Source: Camelus dromedarius (lineage: Eukaryota). From it: a DNA stretch of 64,000 nt. Shown here piece by piece: positions 35,062-48,542 of the stretch; position 1 is the first letter of the stretch; the number at the start of each line of letters is the position of its first letter. The notes below the pieces were generated by a model that had not been told where the DNA came from, searched no databases, and worked only from the letters and a program-made list of their open reading frames with translations. Location of the stretch: contig NC_087437.1 in assembly GCF_036321535.1 (NCBI RefSeq), positions 5,518,001 to 5,582,000 on the forward strand, in the 5' to 3' direction. The translations under genes were made by a program, and so were the position numbers.

Positions 35062-36499
35062 TTAAATTACAGAAAGAAATTTGGATGTCATGTTACTCAT
35101 CTTTAAAAAAAAAATGTAGTACCTACCTCCTAGTGCTCTTGGAAAGATGTAACACTTCAGAGCCCTTTGCCCAGCGCCTGGCCACAGTAAGAACTCACTC
35201 AGTGGCAACTACCGTCATTATTATTGTAATTATCATTGTAATTATTCACCACGTGCAACGGTGTGGAGAAGTGGCAAAATATTCCCTTGATTGGCAGGGT
35301 TTAATGGGGAAGACCAAAGGTGCGGTCTGTCTTGACCCTACTCCATTCCTTTGTAAACTTCCTATTATGAAAAAATCTCTAACATCCATAGAAGTAGAAG
35401 GCATCGCGTAACAAACCCGTTACCTACTTTCCAGCTTCGATGATGATCAACATACTATCAATTTTGTTTCATCTATGCTTACCCTCCCTTACTGATTATT
35501 ATTTTTCTACAGCTTTATTGAAGTAAAATTTACATACCATAAAATTCACACTCCATAAATGTACAGTTTAATGACTTCTAGTGAATTTATGGAGTTGTGC
35601 AGTCTCCACCACGATCTACTTTTAGAATTTATTCCTTTTTCATTTTAAAGAGAGCAAAAGCTCCCTTCTGTCATGACTATATTTTACTTTTAATAAGGGT
35701 TATAATGAGAAGAAACAATTGTCACGTGGCCTGGCATGTGTGGGAACTTTGTGTTTTCCTTGCCTTTTACGAGAGAAAGTTGTGTTTTCTCCAGACTGCA
35801 AGGTCTGTTATGGAAACAAGAGGGTCTTTGGACTTATGTGCCTACTTCTTTTAAGCTTTTCCTCCCACTGCAATGAGAACCGTCCGGCATTTTTGAACAG
35901 GTAGAAGATAAAGAAATCAACAAGCAAGCTATAAAATGTTGCTAGAGGCTGAAGATGCTTGTTTAATAAGTGTACAGAAAAAAATGGGTGGGGTTACTTA
36001 AAAAAGCTGCTGATGACTTAGTATAAAAGTCGATCCTTTCTGATTCCAGTTGTGTGATGCTTTGGTCAGCTTAACACATTGTATTTGCCCTGGAACCCGT
36101 AATCAATTGCAGGAACCCCAGTACTGGCTCTCATTTCTTTTTTTTTTTTTTTTTAAGTTGGACAAAGCAACAACCAACCCTAAACTACATAGATAGGGTT
36201 GAGAAAGCATCTCTGTGGTTCATTCATTTGCTCACCGAACATGTACTGAGTTCTTCTGAGACCTGAGGTTATGCTCACGAGGCAGCTGGGCGTGGTGGGA
36301 AGAACAGACCTGAGCTGAAATCATGACTCTGATTTTAGCATTTAGCCTCGCTTACCTTTTCTGCAGAAGAAGGATAGCAGTTCCTTTGCATAGGACTGTT
36401 GAGAAGGTCAAATGAGATAACGCACGTAAAATGTCTGCTGTGTATGACACATTGCCGACGCGTGGTCACCGTCAGCGCCGTCTTTAGCTGGGTGTTGCT

Positions 36500-36955
36500 G
36501 TTTTGCACGTGCTCTGCATCAGGTTCCAAGAAGCGAGCCTGAAATGGGAATTTTCCTGAAAGTGATTTATTGAGGGAATGGCCTCGAGGACAGACCTAGA
36601 AGGGCGAGTGTGCAGCCCGATGAGACAGGGGGAGGTGCTGAGCAAGGACGTGGACTCGGGCGGCCTTGGCCTGACTTGTGGGGGCTCCAGAGCACCCACA
36701 GCTCCGGGTGGTGGCCACTGAGGCCAGGGGGCTGGCTTTCTGTACCTCGTATCAGTCAGTTGTTGGCTGTGGACTGCCCCTGCAGGGACCGGGGGTGTCA
36801 CCTCCAGGGGCAAGGGAGAGCCTGCCAGACGAAGTCTAGTCTCAGGACAGAGGAGGCATCTGTGAGCCGTTTGCAGTCAGTCCTCAGGGGAGCTGGGGCA
36901 TGGGGCTGGCAGAGGGCCTCTGGAGGGGGCGGCGGGCACCACAGCCTCTACAACA
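36500..36955 (-). mobile_element. Old ERVL LTR (LTR16-like)
   Basis: 'aggttccaagaagcgagcctgaaatgg...gtgatttattgaggga'. A similar element lies at ~51305-51765. Confidence 0.55.
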
Positions 36956-38156
36956 GAGGCAAAACAGACACAGACCCGGCCCTGCCAAAGATGGCGCGTT
37001 TGGAAGGAGATGAGATGTGTGAACCCTTAGAGGAGGGCGGCAGCTTGCCACTCTTCTAACAGGAGGGATTTTGTTACAACAGACTTTGGGGAGAAGGAAG
37101 CATTTAGGCTAGGCCTTAATAAATGAGGTGGAAACACAGATGAGATGAAGGAAAGGCTTCACTGACTGGGGGAACATTACTGCCCAACACTTGGGAAGAA
37201 ACTGGGGTTCTTTTGTTCAACGTGTCAGCTACTTTGCTGGGTGCTGGGGAGACCATGGGGGTGGATAAGCCTACCCTTCGCTTGAATTTGGATGACGTGA
37301 CAGGGAAAGGTAGGAGGTAAGGTTGGCAAAGTAAATCAAAAGCAGGTTGGATAGGGGATGGTTGAGTGCTGCCCTAAGGGTTTTAGAGTTTGTGGTGTAG
37401 AGTTTATTATGTAGGAACCACGCAGATTTTTGAGTGCGAGAGTGACATGATGAGAGCTGGCCCAGGCTTATAATCCTGCATGGTGCCTCACTGTAATAGG
37501 CTGAAGGCCAAACTCCTTGTCCAGACTTGCAGCAACTCGGCCTGCCTGCAGCTCATCTCCCCAGTGTGTCTTGAGACGGGTGCTTAGCACAGCACAGCCA
37601 CTCAGGAGAGCTGGGCAGTGTGGGCCCCGCCATTCACACACTGTGGGACTCCAGGCAAGTCACTTAGCCTCTCTGGGCCTTCACATTCCTCACTCATAAA
37701 CTCCTCATTACAGGCTACATGCATCCTACATTGAAAGGGCCTGAAGGGACCCTTAGGGGTTATGGGCACCATAAGTTATTTGGGGTCACAGCATACCAGC
37801 AAGATGAGACTTCACAGCACATAATAAAGTCACGCCTCAGGGCACAGATTCATCCAAGGGCCAGGCCATGAGAGGGGATGGAATCATCAGCCTTGGAAGG
37901 ACAAATTCTGGGAGGCCTTCAGGAGGTGACCTCTGGGCCACATTAAAGATGGGGAGGGCCCACGCCTTTGGCAGAAGCTGGAAAGGGGGAGACATTGGCC
38001 ACTGGGAAACCGGGTGTGTGCAAAGACAAGGACAGTGCTGACAACACCAGAGCTGCTGCAGGGAATGGGGAGGGTCTGCTCCCACAGGTAGGCAGGCAGG
38101 AAGGGGCACTGACAGTGGGCAGGCTTGATAAGTCAGCAATAATGAACCAATGAAGG

Positions 38157-38492
38157 AGGGCTTGCCAAGATGGCAGAGTAAAAGGACACATCCTCTCCCA
38201 CAAATACGCCAAAAATTACAACTAAGACCGATCAATTCACATAGAACACCTTATGAACGTGGGCAGACTATTTCTTACTTCGAAATACAAGAAGATTCTT
38301 CGCAAAAACAGATAACAAGTTTCTTATGTACAGCACAGGGAACTATGTTTAATATCTTGTAGTAACCTATAATGAAAAAGAATATGAAAACAAATATGTG
38401 TATGTATATGTATGATTGAAACATTACGCTGTACACCAGAAATTGACACACTGTAAACCGACTACGCTTCAATTAAAAAAAATAATAAAATA
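38157..38492 (+). mobile_element. Bipartite mini-L1: ~155 nt of L1 5'UTR fused to ~180 nt of L1 3' end and tail
   Basis: Begins agggcttgccAAGATGGCagagta (L1 5' start, YY1 motif) and ends acttc-like aattaaaaaaa. TSD aat(g/t)aaccaatg(a/g)agg at 38141-38156 and 38493-38508. Confidence 0.78.
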
Positions 38493-38589
38493 AATTAACC
38501 AATGGAGGTTCTCAGGCAAGAGAAAACATTGTAAATTTGGCATTTAAGGTAGCTGTTTGCAGAATATTTGTTTTGGTCTTTGAATAAAT

Positions 38590-39115
38590 AACTGGGGAAA
38601 ATACTTCTTTTAACTTTTACCCAATTTCCCCTAATGTTAACATGTTACATGGACACTGTACTATTGTCAGTGCCAAATTAGCATTGGTAAAATATTATTA
38701 AATAATCTACAAGCATTATTCAAATTTTCCAGCTTTTCACTTTTTACCTTTTGCCCTTTTTACTGCTCCAGCATCCGATCCTAGACCCCACGTTGCATAT
38801 AATGGTTATGTCTCTGTGTTCGCCTCTACTCTGTGACACTTGCTCAGGCTTTGTCTTTTGTAACCTTAACACTTTGGAAGAGTCCAGGCCAGTTGTCAGT
38901 TATTTGGTGGAACGGCCCTCAATTTGGGTTTGTTTGATGTTTTCTCATGGTTAGATTGAGGTTATAGCTTTTTGGCAGGAGCACCACTGAAGCGACGATG
39001 TGCCTTTCTCAGTGCATCCTGTCAGTGGGAACATGGTGTCAATATGCTTTATTCCTGGTGATGTTAGTTTTGATCACATAGTAGGTCTACCAGGTCTCTC
39101 CATTGTAACGTTACT
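38590..39115 (-). mobile_element. Old L1MC-type 3' end
   Basis: 'ttttacccaatttcccctaatgttaacat...ttagattgaggttatagctttttggcagga...tctcagtgcatc'. Confidence 0.7.
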
Positions 39116-40449
39116 ACTAAGGGGAAAAATGGCTTTAAGTCAGATTTCATGGGATCTTATTGGGTTCTTACAGATTGAATCTGATTATGTGTTCCTTCTT
39201 AGGGTGGGTTGTTCGTTCACTTGTTCCATTATTATTTACTGAGGTCTCACTACGTGTCGAGCACTGGACTGGACAGAACCGTGAACAGGTCAGACGTGGT
39301 TTGTGTCCTGTGGAACCAGGTGGGAGGAGACATTAAAGGGAACATTGCCAGGATGGAGTGGAATCACGTAACAAGTGGTTGTATGTAGCCTAGGAGAACA
39401 GAAAGTGTGGAGGCCAAGTCAGGGGAAGGTAGGCGGAGAGCAGAGGGGCAGTAAGAATGTTCCAGAAGTGGGATGGACTCTTGGGACGGAGCTCCCCCTC
39501 CTTGTCTTTGAGCCCTCATTTTAAATTGGATAAATTGATATTATTAGAAGGCAGTGAGATTGAGAAGGCTGTATTCTGTAGTATCTATAGTGATCATTAA
39601 CAGAGCTAATTTATTTGACAAGTTTTATAATACTGTCTGTTGAAGAAGGGTAATTTGGAATGGAGACAAAAAGACAAAATATGTAAAAATATTTGGGCTG
39701 AAATACGTAAATATTAAAATTTAAAAGTTAGAGTTGAGACTGTCTTCTGTGTAGCAGAATTTACTGTGATTTTACCAGGGACCTCAGCATCTACAGAGGG
39801 AATAGCTTCTCAGTTAAATCGTGTGGTCTACAGCGAGGAGTCACTGAAGGTGTCAACACTTTTGAAATTATTAACCACAAGACGCACCTTTAGAGAAGGT
39901 CACAGGTTATTTTATGAAAAAAGTAAGACTACCTTGGAAAAATATCAATGGTGGTGTTAGAGAGTCAGCTAAGAACCTAATTAAAGTAAATGAATATACA
40001 TCAAATATAACTGTTCTACTTGGGTTATATTTTAAAATGCACATAAGCGCTATAAAGAAGTTTTTAATTTAGCTTTAATGTACAAAATATGCAATGCATT
40101 TATTTTGGGGAATTAATTTTCTTTTTGAAAATAGTTTTTGAATAAAACTCTTTTATAGGTCTATTAATAGAATGAAAGCAAATGGTCATTTAAAACTATT
40201 TCACAAAATTACCTAATATGAATTCTTTTTAGAATCCTCTTTTGCACTCAAAAGCTATAAATTATGTGGTCCCTTTACCCATGTCCCCAGCCAGCAAATC
40301 CAACACTGGTAGCTCACGAAGGCACACAGGCTTCTGTCTCCCGAAAAGAGAGGAAGGGGCTGTGAATCCTCCTTTCTTTTGTTGTCATCCACCTTTTCCT
40401 TGCCACTGTCACCTTCATGAGGTCACATAAACTGCACTCTTATTTTGTG

Positions 40450-40645
40450 TCAGAAGCTGTCCTAAGCACTTTACATGGGTCAACTCACCTAATTCTTAAG
40501 CAGCCATGTGAAGTAGGTTTTGTTATTATCCTCGTTTTATAGATGAAGAAATTGAGGCTCAATTCACGTTAACTTGCTTAACAGTTCATAGTTCATAACT
40601 GAGAAAGCTGAGATTAGAATCAAGAATCTGTGTCATTAACCAACC
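40450..40645 (-). mobile_element. MIR SINE
   Basis: 'ctaagcactttacatgg...attatcctcgttttatagatgaagaaattgaggctc'. Confidence 0.8.
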
Positions 40646-40742
40646 TTTATATTTCTCTTTTCTCGTTCTGCTCTGCCTGCCAAATTTTCAGATTTCTTGT
40701 AATTGTTATAGTCATTCAGGAATCTTCTCTCATCCTCTTTCT

Positions 40743-43700
40743 GTTTATTTTATTTTAATTTTTTAATTGAAGTGTAGTTGACATACAATATGATACAAGG
40801 TGTATAAGATTGCGGGTCACAATTTTAAAAGTTACATCGCATTTATAATTATTATGAAATATTTGCTATATTCCCCATGTTGTACAGCATATCCTTTAAA
40901 AAATATATATATATTCCTTCTTTTTTTTTTGTATATTGAAGTAGAGTCAGTTTACAACGTTGTGTCAATTTCTGGTGTAGAAAAAATTTTTTCTGGTGTA
41001 GAGCATAATGTTTCAGTCATACATATACATATACATTCCTTTTCATATTCTTTTTCATTATAGGTTACTATAAGCTATTGAATAGAGTTCCCTGTGCTGT
41101 ACAGTAGGATCTTGTTGATTATCTGTTTTATAGATAGTAGTTAGTATCTGCATATCTCAAACTCCCAATTTATCCCTCTCTTTCCCCCTTCCCCCCCCAT
41201 TTGTTTTCTACGTCTGTGGGTCTCTTTCTGCTTTTAAATAAATTCATTTGTGTCTTTGTTTTAGATTCCACATATAAGTGATATCATATGGTATTTTTCT
41301 CTTTCTGGCTTACTTCATTTAGAATGATGATGTCCAGGTCCATCCATGTTTCAGCAAATGGCATTATTTCATTCTTTTTCTGGCTGAGTAGTATTCCATT
41401 GAAGATAAATACCACATCTTCTTTATCCCATCATCTGTTGATGGACATTTCGATTGGTTCCATGTCTTGGCTATTGTGAATAGTGCTGCTATGAATATTG
41501 GGGTGCAAGTGTCTTTTCAACTTAGTTTCCTCTGGATATACGCCCTAGAGTGGGATTGCTGGATCATGTGGTAACTCTATTTTTGGTTTTTTAAAGAAAT
41601 CTCCATACTATTGTCCATAATGGCTGCACCAAACTACATTCCCACCAACAGTGTAGAACGGTTCCCTTTTCCCCACTCTCCAGCATTAATCGTTTATGGA
41701 CTTTGTAACACTGGCCATTCTGACTGGTGTGAGGTGATATCTCATTGTAGTTTTAATTTGCATTCATTTGATAATCAGCAATATTGACTATTTTTTCATG
41801 TGCCTGTTAGCCATCTGTATGTCTTCATTGGAGAAATGTCTGTTTAGGTCTTCTGCCCATTTTTGACTGGGTTATTTTGTTGTTGTTGTTGTTATTGAGT
41901 TGTATGAGCTGTTTGTATATTCCAGAATTATGCCATTGTCAGTCACATCGTTTGCAAATATTTTCTCCCATTCTGTAGGTTGTCTTTTCATTTTGTTTAT
42001 AGTTTCCTTTGCTGCGCAAAGGCTTATAGACTTAATTAGGTCCCATTTGTTTATTTTTGCTTTTATTTCTGTTGCCTTGGTAGACTCACCTAGGAGAACA
42101 TTTCTGTGATTTATATCAGAGAATGTTTTGCCTATGTTCTCTTCTAGGGTGTTTATGGTATCTTGTCTTATATTTAAACTTTCAGGCATTTTGAGTTTAT
42201 TTTTGTGTATGGTGTGAGGGAGTGTTTTCATTTCATTGATTTACATGCAGCTGTCCAGCTTTCACAACACCACTTGTCGAAGAGACTGTCTTTTCTCCAT
42301 TGTATATTCTCGCCTCCTTTGTTGAACGTTATTTGTAGATGTGTGGGTTTATTTCTAGGCTCTCTGTTCTGTTCCCATTGATCCATATGTCTGATTTTGT
42401 GCCAATAGTATACTTTACTGTAGCTTTGTAGTACTTACTGTCTTAAGTCGGGAGGGCTATGCCTCCTGCATTGTTCTCCAGTATTGCTTTGGCAATTCTG
42501 GGTCTTTTGTGATTCCATATAAATTTTAGGATTATTTGTTCTAGTTCTGTGAAAAATGTCCTGGGTACTTTGATAGAGATTACATTAAATCTGTAGATTG
42601 CTTTGGGTAGTCTGACCATTTTAACAATATTAATTCTTCCAATCAAGGAGTATGGGATATCTTTCCATTTCTTCAAATCATCTTTAATTTCCTTAATCAA
42701 TATTTTATAGTTCTCTGCATATAAGTCTTTACCTTCTTGGTCAGATTTATTCCTGAGTATTTCATTTTTTTGATGCGATTTTAAAAGGGATTTTTTTAAC
42801 TTTCCTTTTCTGATATTTCACTGTTAGTGTAAAGAAATGCAACAGATTTCTGTGTATTAATCTTGTATCCTGCTACTTTGCTGAATTTGTTTATCAGCTT
42901 TAATAGGTTTTGTGTGGAGTCCTTAGGGTTTTCTATATATAGTATCATGTCACCTGCATATAGTGATAATTTTACCTCTTCTCTTACAATTTGGATCCCT
43001 TTCATTTCTTTTTCTCATCTGATTGCTGTGGCTAGGACTACCAATACTATGTTGAATAGAAGTGGTAAGAGTGGGTATCCTTGTCTTAGTCCAGATTTTT
43101 ACCAAGAAGGCTTTCAACTTTTCACTGTTGAGTATTATGTTGGCTGTGGGTTTGTCATAAACAGCTTTTATTATGTTGAGATATGTTCCCTTTATACCCA
43201 CTTTGGTAAGAGTTTTTATCATGAATACATGTTGAATTTTATCAAGTGCTTTTTCTGCATCTATTGAGATGATCATGTGATTTTTGTCTTTTCTTTTTGT
43301 TTATGTATGCTGTCACATTAACTGATTTGTATATGTTGAAACATCCTTGTGTCCCTGGGGTGAATCCAACTTGATTTTAGTGTATGATCTTTTTTTATGT
43401 GTTAGTGGATTTGTTTTGCTAATATTTTGTTGAAAATTTTTGCATCTGTATTCATCAAAGATATTGGCATGTAATTTTCTTTTTTGGTAGTGTATTTGTT
43501 GGGTTTTGGTATGAGGGTGATGATGGCTTCATAGAATGAGTTTGGCAGATTCCCTCTTCTTCATTCTATTGGAAGACTTTGAGAAGGATTGGTATAAGTT
43601 CTTCTTTGCACATGTGGTAGAATTCCCCAGTGAAGGCATCTAGTCCTGGACTTTTGTTTGCAGGGAGTTTTTTGGTTTGTTTTTTTATTATTATTACTGA

Positions 43701-45602
43701 TTCTGTTTTACTTCTAATAATCCATCTGTTTAATATATCTATTTCATCTTGATTCAGTTTTGATGGACTTGATACTTGGTGGTCTAGAAACTTGTCTCTT
43801 TCTTCTAGGTTGTTCAGTTTGTTGGCATATAGTTGTTCATAATGTTCTCTTAAGGTTCCTTTGTATTTCTGTTGTGTTGGGTGTTATTGCTTCTCTTTCA
43901 TTTCTAATTTTGTTTGTGTCCTCTCTCTTTTCTTCTTGGTGAGTCTGGTCAGAGGTTTGTCAGTTTTTTTACTCTTTCAAAAAACTAGCTCTTTGTTTTA
44001 TTGATTTTTTCTGTTTTTTAATTCTCTATTTCATTTATTTCCTCCCTGATCTTTATTATTTCTTTCCTTCTGCTGATTTTAGGTTTTGTTCTTTTTTTTT
44101 TTCTAATTTTTTTAAGTGGTAGATTAGGCTGTTTCTTTGAGATTGTTCTCATTTTTTGAAGAAGGTCCATATTGCTATGAACTTCCCTCTTAGGACTGCC
44201 TTTGCTGCATCCCAAGGCTTTTGTATAGTTGTGTTTTCACAGTGTATCCTTGTAGCTTATTTAATACCTAGTAGTTTGTACCTCTTAATCCTGTACCCCT
44301 ATATTGCCTTTCCCCACCCCTCTCTCCCCACTGATAAATCACCACCAGTTTGTTCTCTACATCTGTTGAGTCTGCTTTTTTTTTATATTCACTAGTTTGT
44401 TGTATTTTTTAGTTTGCACATAAAAGTGATATTTTTCTTTCTCTTCCTGACTTATTTCACTAAGCGTGATACCCTCCAAGTCCATCCATGTTGTTGCAAA
44501 TGGCAAAATTTTGTTCTTTTTCACGGAAGAGTAATATTCCATTGTATGTATTTATCACATCTTTATTCCTTCGTCCGTTGATGGACATAGATTGCTTCCA
44601 TATCTTGGCAGCTAAAAATAATGCTGCTATGAACATTGAGGTGCATGTATCTTTTTGAGTTAGCGTTTTTGTGTTTTGTGGTTTTTTTGGATGTATACCC
44701 GGGAGTGGAATTGCTGGGTCATGTGGTAGTTCTATTTTTAGTTTTTTGAGAAACCTCCGTACTGTTTTCTACAGTGGCTGCACTAGTTTACATTCCCATC
44801 AAAAATATACCAGGGTTTGCTTTTCTCCATATCCTGGCCAGTATTTATTATCTCTTATCTTTTTAATAGTAGCCATTCTAACAAATGTGAAGTGATATCT
44901 CATTGTGATTTTGATTTGTATTTCCCTGATAATTAGGGATGCTGACACCATGTCATATACTTGTTGGCCATTTGTATGTCCTTTTTGGAAAAAAAAAAAA
45001 AGTGTCTGTTCAGTTCTCCCCATTGTTTAATTGGGTTGTTTGGTTTTTTTGATGTTGAGTTGTATGAGCTGCTTATATATGTTGAATATTACCCTTCATT
45101 GGTCATATCATAGTTTCTCCCATTCAGTAGGTTGTCTTTTCATCTTGCCAGCAGTTTCCTTTTCTGTGCAAAACCTTTTAAGTTTAATTAGATCCCATTT
45201 GTTTATTTTAGCTTTTCTTTCCTTTACTTTAGGAGACTGATCCAAAAAGCTATTACTGCAATTTATGTCAAAGTGTTCTGCCTATGTTTTCCTCCAGTTT
45301 TTTGGTATTCAGTCTTACACTTATGTCTTTAATCCATTTTGAGTTTATTTTTGTATATGGTGCTAGAGAATGTTCTAATTTCATTCTTTTACATGTAGCT
45401 GTCCACTTTTCCCAGCACCAGTTATTGAAGAGGCTGTCTTGTCTCCACTGTATACTCCTTTGTTGTAAGTTAACTAACCATAAGTGTGTGGGTTTATTTC
45501 TGGGCTCTCTATCCTGTTCCATTGATCCATGTCCCTATTTGTGCCAGTACCATGCTGTTTTGATTACTCTAGCTTTGTAGTATAGTCTGAAGTCAAGGAG
45601 CG
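40743..45602 (-). mobile_element. Outer (older) L1, split by a nested L1: outer parts 40743-40896 and 44239-45602
   Basis: The 3' terminus at ~40760 resumes at 44252. Outer TSD tctca(tcc/cct)tctttct at 40728-40742 and 45603-45617. ORF2 C-terminal fragments appear in the ORF track (45268..45522). Confidence 0.85.
40897..44238 (-). mobile_element. Inner L1, ~3.3 kb, 5'-truncated, frameshifted ORF2 (RT region)
   Basis: ORF2 fragments [37 protein letters not shown] acag(ca/tg)tatcctt at 40884-40896 and 44239-44251. Confidence 0.92.
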
Positions 45603-46150
45603 TCTCACCTTCTTTCTTAACAAGGAGTGCCTACACTTCATACTTGTGCCGGAAACAAATCAGTACCACCCACCATATAAACAATGAATGGAAGGAGTTG
45701 GTGGGCAATAGCTAGAGAGGAAAGTTCTTAACATTTGTGTAGAGCCTTCATCACACCTCTTTGGTGTCTTGTTAAAGTTGAACAGTACTTTTAAGAGTAG
45801 AGTGGGGATACTGCTGGATTTGGTGTCAGAAGACCTGGTTTTCTAGTTACGAATTCCAGTTCCTCATTAGCAAGATGAGCGTACTGTTTTGTAAATCGAA
45901 TACAGTTGTTTTAACCATCAAATTGAAGTGCTTAAAGGTATATTATAAACTGTAAAGTACTCTACAGATGCTAATTAGTTATATAAATAATCATGGAATA
46001 AGATCATGCATTTATACTATTCTTTGCAGTTAATTAAAAGCTCTCATTATATATTATTTCATTGAATCTTTCAATAACCCTGTGGCTTAGATATAATTAC
46101 CTCCATATTACAGATGAGGAACTGAAGCTCAGAGAAGTTTAGTGCCTCCC

Positions 46151-46545
46151 TGCACTAGTCAGTTAGGGCTGTCATTACAAAATACCATAGACCAGGTGGC
46201 TTAAGCAACAGAAATTTATTTTCTCAAAGCTCTGGAGGCTGGAGATCTGAGATAAGGGAGGCAGCATGGTTGAGTTCTGGTGAGGTTCTCTTCCTGGCTT
46301 GCAAACAGCAGCCTTCTCACTGTGTCCTCATGTGGCAGAGACAGAAGGAAGGGGCAGGAAAGGAGGGAACAAGCTAGAGCAAGCTCTCTGGTTTCTCTTA
46401 TAAGGGCACTAATCCTTTATAAGGGATTATAAGGGCCCCACCTTCATGACCTCACCTAAACCTAATTATCTCCCCCAAACCCCATCTCCACAAATCATCA
46501 CACTTGGGTGAGGGCTTCCATTTATGGATTGGAGGGTCCATCTCA
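46151..46545 (-). mobile_element. MLT1A-type MaLR solo LTR inserted in a MIR (from ~46020)
   Basis: 'agggctgtcattacaaaataccatagacc...aacagaaatttattttctca...ctggaggctgg...ttcatgacctcacctaaacctaattatctccc'. Confidence 0.85.
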
Positions 46546-47502
46546 CTCCTCCTTCCCCCTTTCAAGATCATGTAGCTCACAAGTGGCATAGTAACTTCAG
46601 AAATTATTAATATCATGGAATGATGAAGTTTACAGAAGTAGAGATTTTGGTCCTTTATTTAACCTATTTAATATAATATGACTTCTAAAAACCTCTTTGA
46701 GATAATGTGATTTTTCTTGATGATCAGGGAAGTTCAGGAGAATTTCATTTTTCTCCTTCAGAAAAATTAGGGAAGCAATGATTTTGTTTCCCTTAGTGCT
46801 CTCACATCTGTAAGATTTTTATCTCCGGTTGAATGTAGTGATATCTATTGTGGATAGAGGGAAAATAGAGGTTTTCCTTTGCTCTTTTTCTCTTCCGATG
46901 GATTCTTGCTGCTTCAGATTTTAGAATGTATTGTTCTGCTGCTTAATTGTTATGTTTTGAAGGTGAAAAATGATCTTGATAAGTTGATTACACTTAAAGT
47001 GTTAGCTCTTGAAATTTGTATTTTTATACTACTTTATTCCTAAAGAGAGAAAAGATCAATTTGTTTTTCACTTTAATATAACACTCTAGTAGGGCATTCT
47101 GGAATATCCCGAGGAAGGTTTCAGAAGATGTTGTTGTAGGAGAACTGGAATGGTATTTAGAAGTCTGATGACTTCAGAACTCCTAAACACAACTCCTTTG
47201 TGAGGACCAAATCCACCTAAAGTAACTGACTATTCACAGTTTTGCTTGGGTTCTTTCCACATTAAAAGCATGCATTTATGTAACCAGTATCCATTGAGCA
47301 CCCACTATGTGCCAAGCCCTTTGCTTGGAGCTGAGGATTAAAAAAATGAGTAAGAACAGATCTGAAAACAGGAGTGAAGGTCAATGAGAGAAAATCAATA
47401 CATAGTATACACTCAAGGTTCTAAAGAGAGTCTGAAGTGAGCAACCCCTTATTCAACTCCCTGTGTTACTGACACACAACCTATGAAATGCTTTAAGCAA
47501 TT

Positions 47503-48070
47503 TGAGGTGGTTAATTTCATATGTCAACTTGACTCGGCCATGGGGTACCAGATACTTGGTCAAGCATTATTCTGGGTGTGTCTGTGCATGTGTTTCTGGA
47601 TGAGATTAGCATTCAAATTTGTAGACTGAGTAGAGCAGATTGCCCTCCCTAAAGTGGGTGGGCTTCATCCAATCAGTTGAATAGAATAAAAGGGCTGAGT
47701 AAGAGAAGATGTCTTCTACCTGACTGACTTTGAGCTGGGACCTTGGTCTCCTCCTGTGTTCAGACTTGAACTGAAACATCCACTTTTTTAAGGTCTCCAT
47801 CCTGCCAGCTTTCAGACGGGACCCACACCACTTCTCTTGGGTCTCTGCTTGCTGACTACAGATCCTGGGACTTGTCAGCTTCCACAATCACATGAACTAA
47901 TTCCTTATCTATCTGTCTTTCTATCTATCTATCTACCTATCTATCTGTCTATCTATCTACCTACCTACCTACTTACCTACCTACCTACCTACTAACCTGT
48001 GTATCTAATGTATCCATCCATCCATCTACACATCCACCTGGTTCTGCTTCTCTGGAGAACCCTAACATAA
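47503..48070 (+). mobile_element. MLT2 (ERVL) solo LTR
   Basis: 'tggttaatttcatatgtcaacttgact...tttctggatgagattagcatt...gggcttcatccaatcagttg...ggttctgcttctctggagaaccctaac'. Confidence 0.88.
47905..48037 (+). repeat. Compound tetranucleotide microsatellite (TCTA)n/(CCTA)n/(TCCA)n within MLT2
   Basis: Directly visible tandem tetramers. Confidence 0.9.
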
Positions 48071-48087
48071 CTCTTCCATGTATAACC

Positions 48088-48540
48088 TGTGGTGGTTTTA
48101 TCAAGTGTCAGCTTGATAATGCTGACCTACATTTTCCAGAATTTTCTTCCCCATATGTTTAAGGTCGGCCACAGACATGTTTTGGCCAAGATTTGGAAGC
48201 AGCGGCCGCGTTGCTGCTACGTGGAGGGAGTGGAGCTGGGGGCTGTGGGGCGGTAGGTGCAGAGGCGCCAGGCGCTGCTGTGGCTCACGCACTCCATCGT
48301 GACCGGCAGCCCCGCGTGGTTGGGGTGGAGCAGCAGCTGGGCCTGCAGCTTCCCCCCTTGCCCCTGGTTCTCTCTTCGGCTTCCCTGACCCATGAGCCAC
48401 GGGCAGGGTTAGCTCTGGGACAGAAGGCACCCGCTGCTACCTCAGGACCCCTGCACGCTGAAGCTGAGAGAGAGTTGGTTCTCATCCAACTTTCTGGGCT
48501 CCCGATTACACTCATGTGTTCCAGTCTGTTCCTCATTTAA
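48088..48540 (+). mobile_element. Old ERVL LTR (LTR41-like)
   Basis: Starts 'tgtggtggttttatcaagtgtcagcttg...ctacattttccagaattttcttcccc...ggccaca'. Confidence 0.55.
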
Positions 48541-48542
48541 AT

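Noticed and set aside
48101..48540. GC-rich patch with 83-115 aa ORFs
   Set aside because: Lies within an apparent old ERVL LTR; no protein similarity or convincing splice structure.
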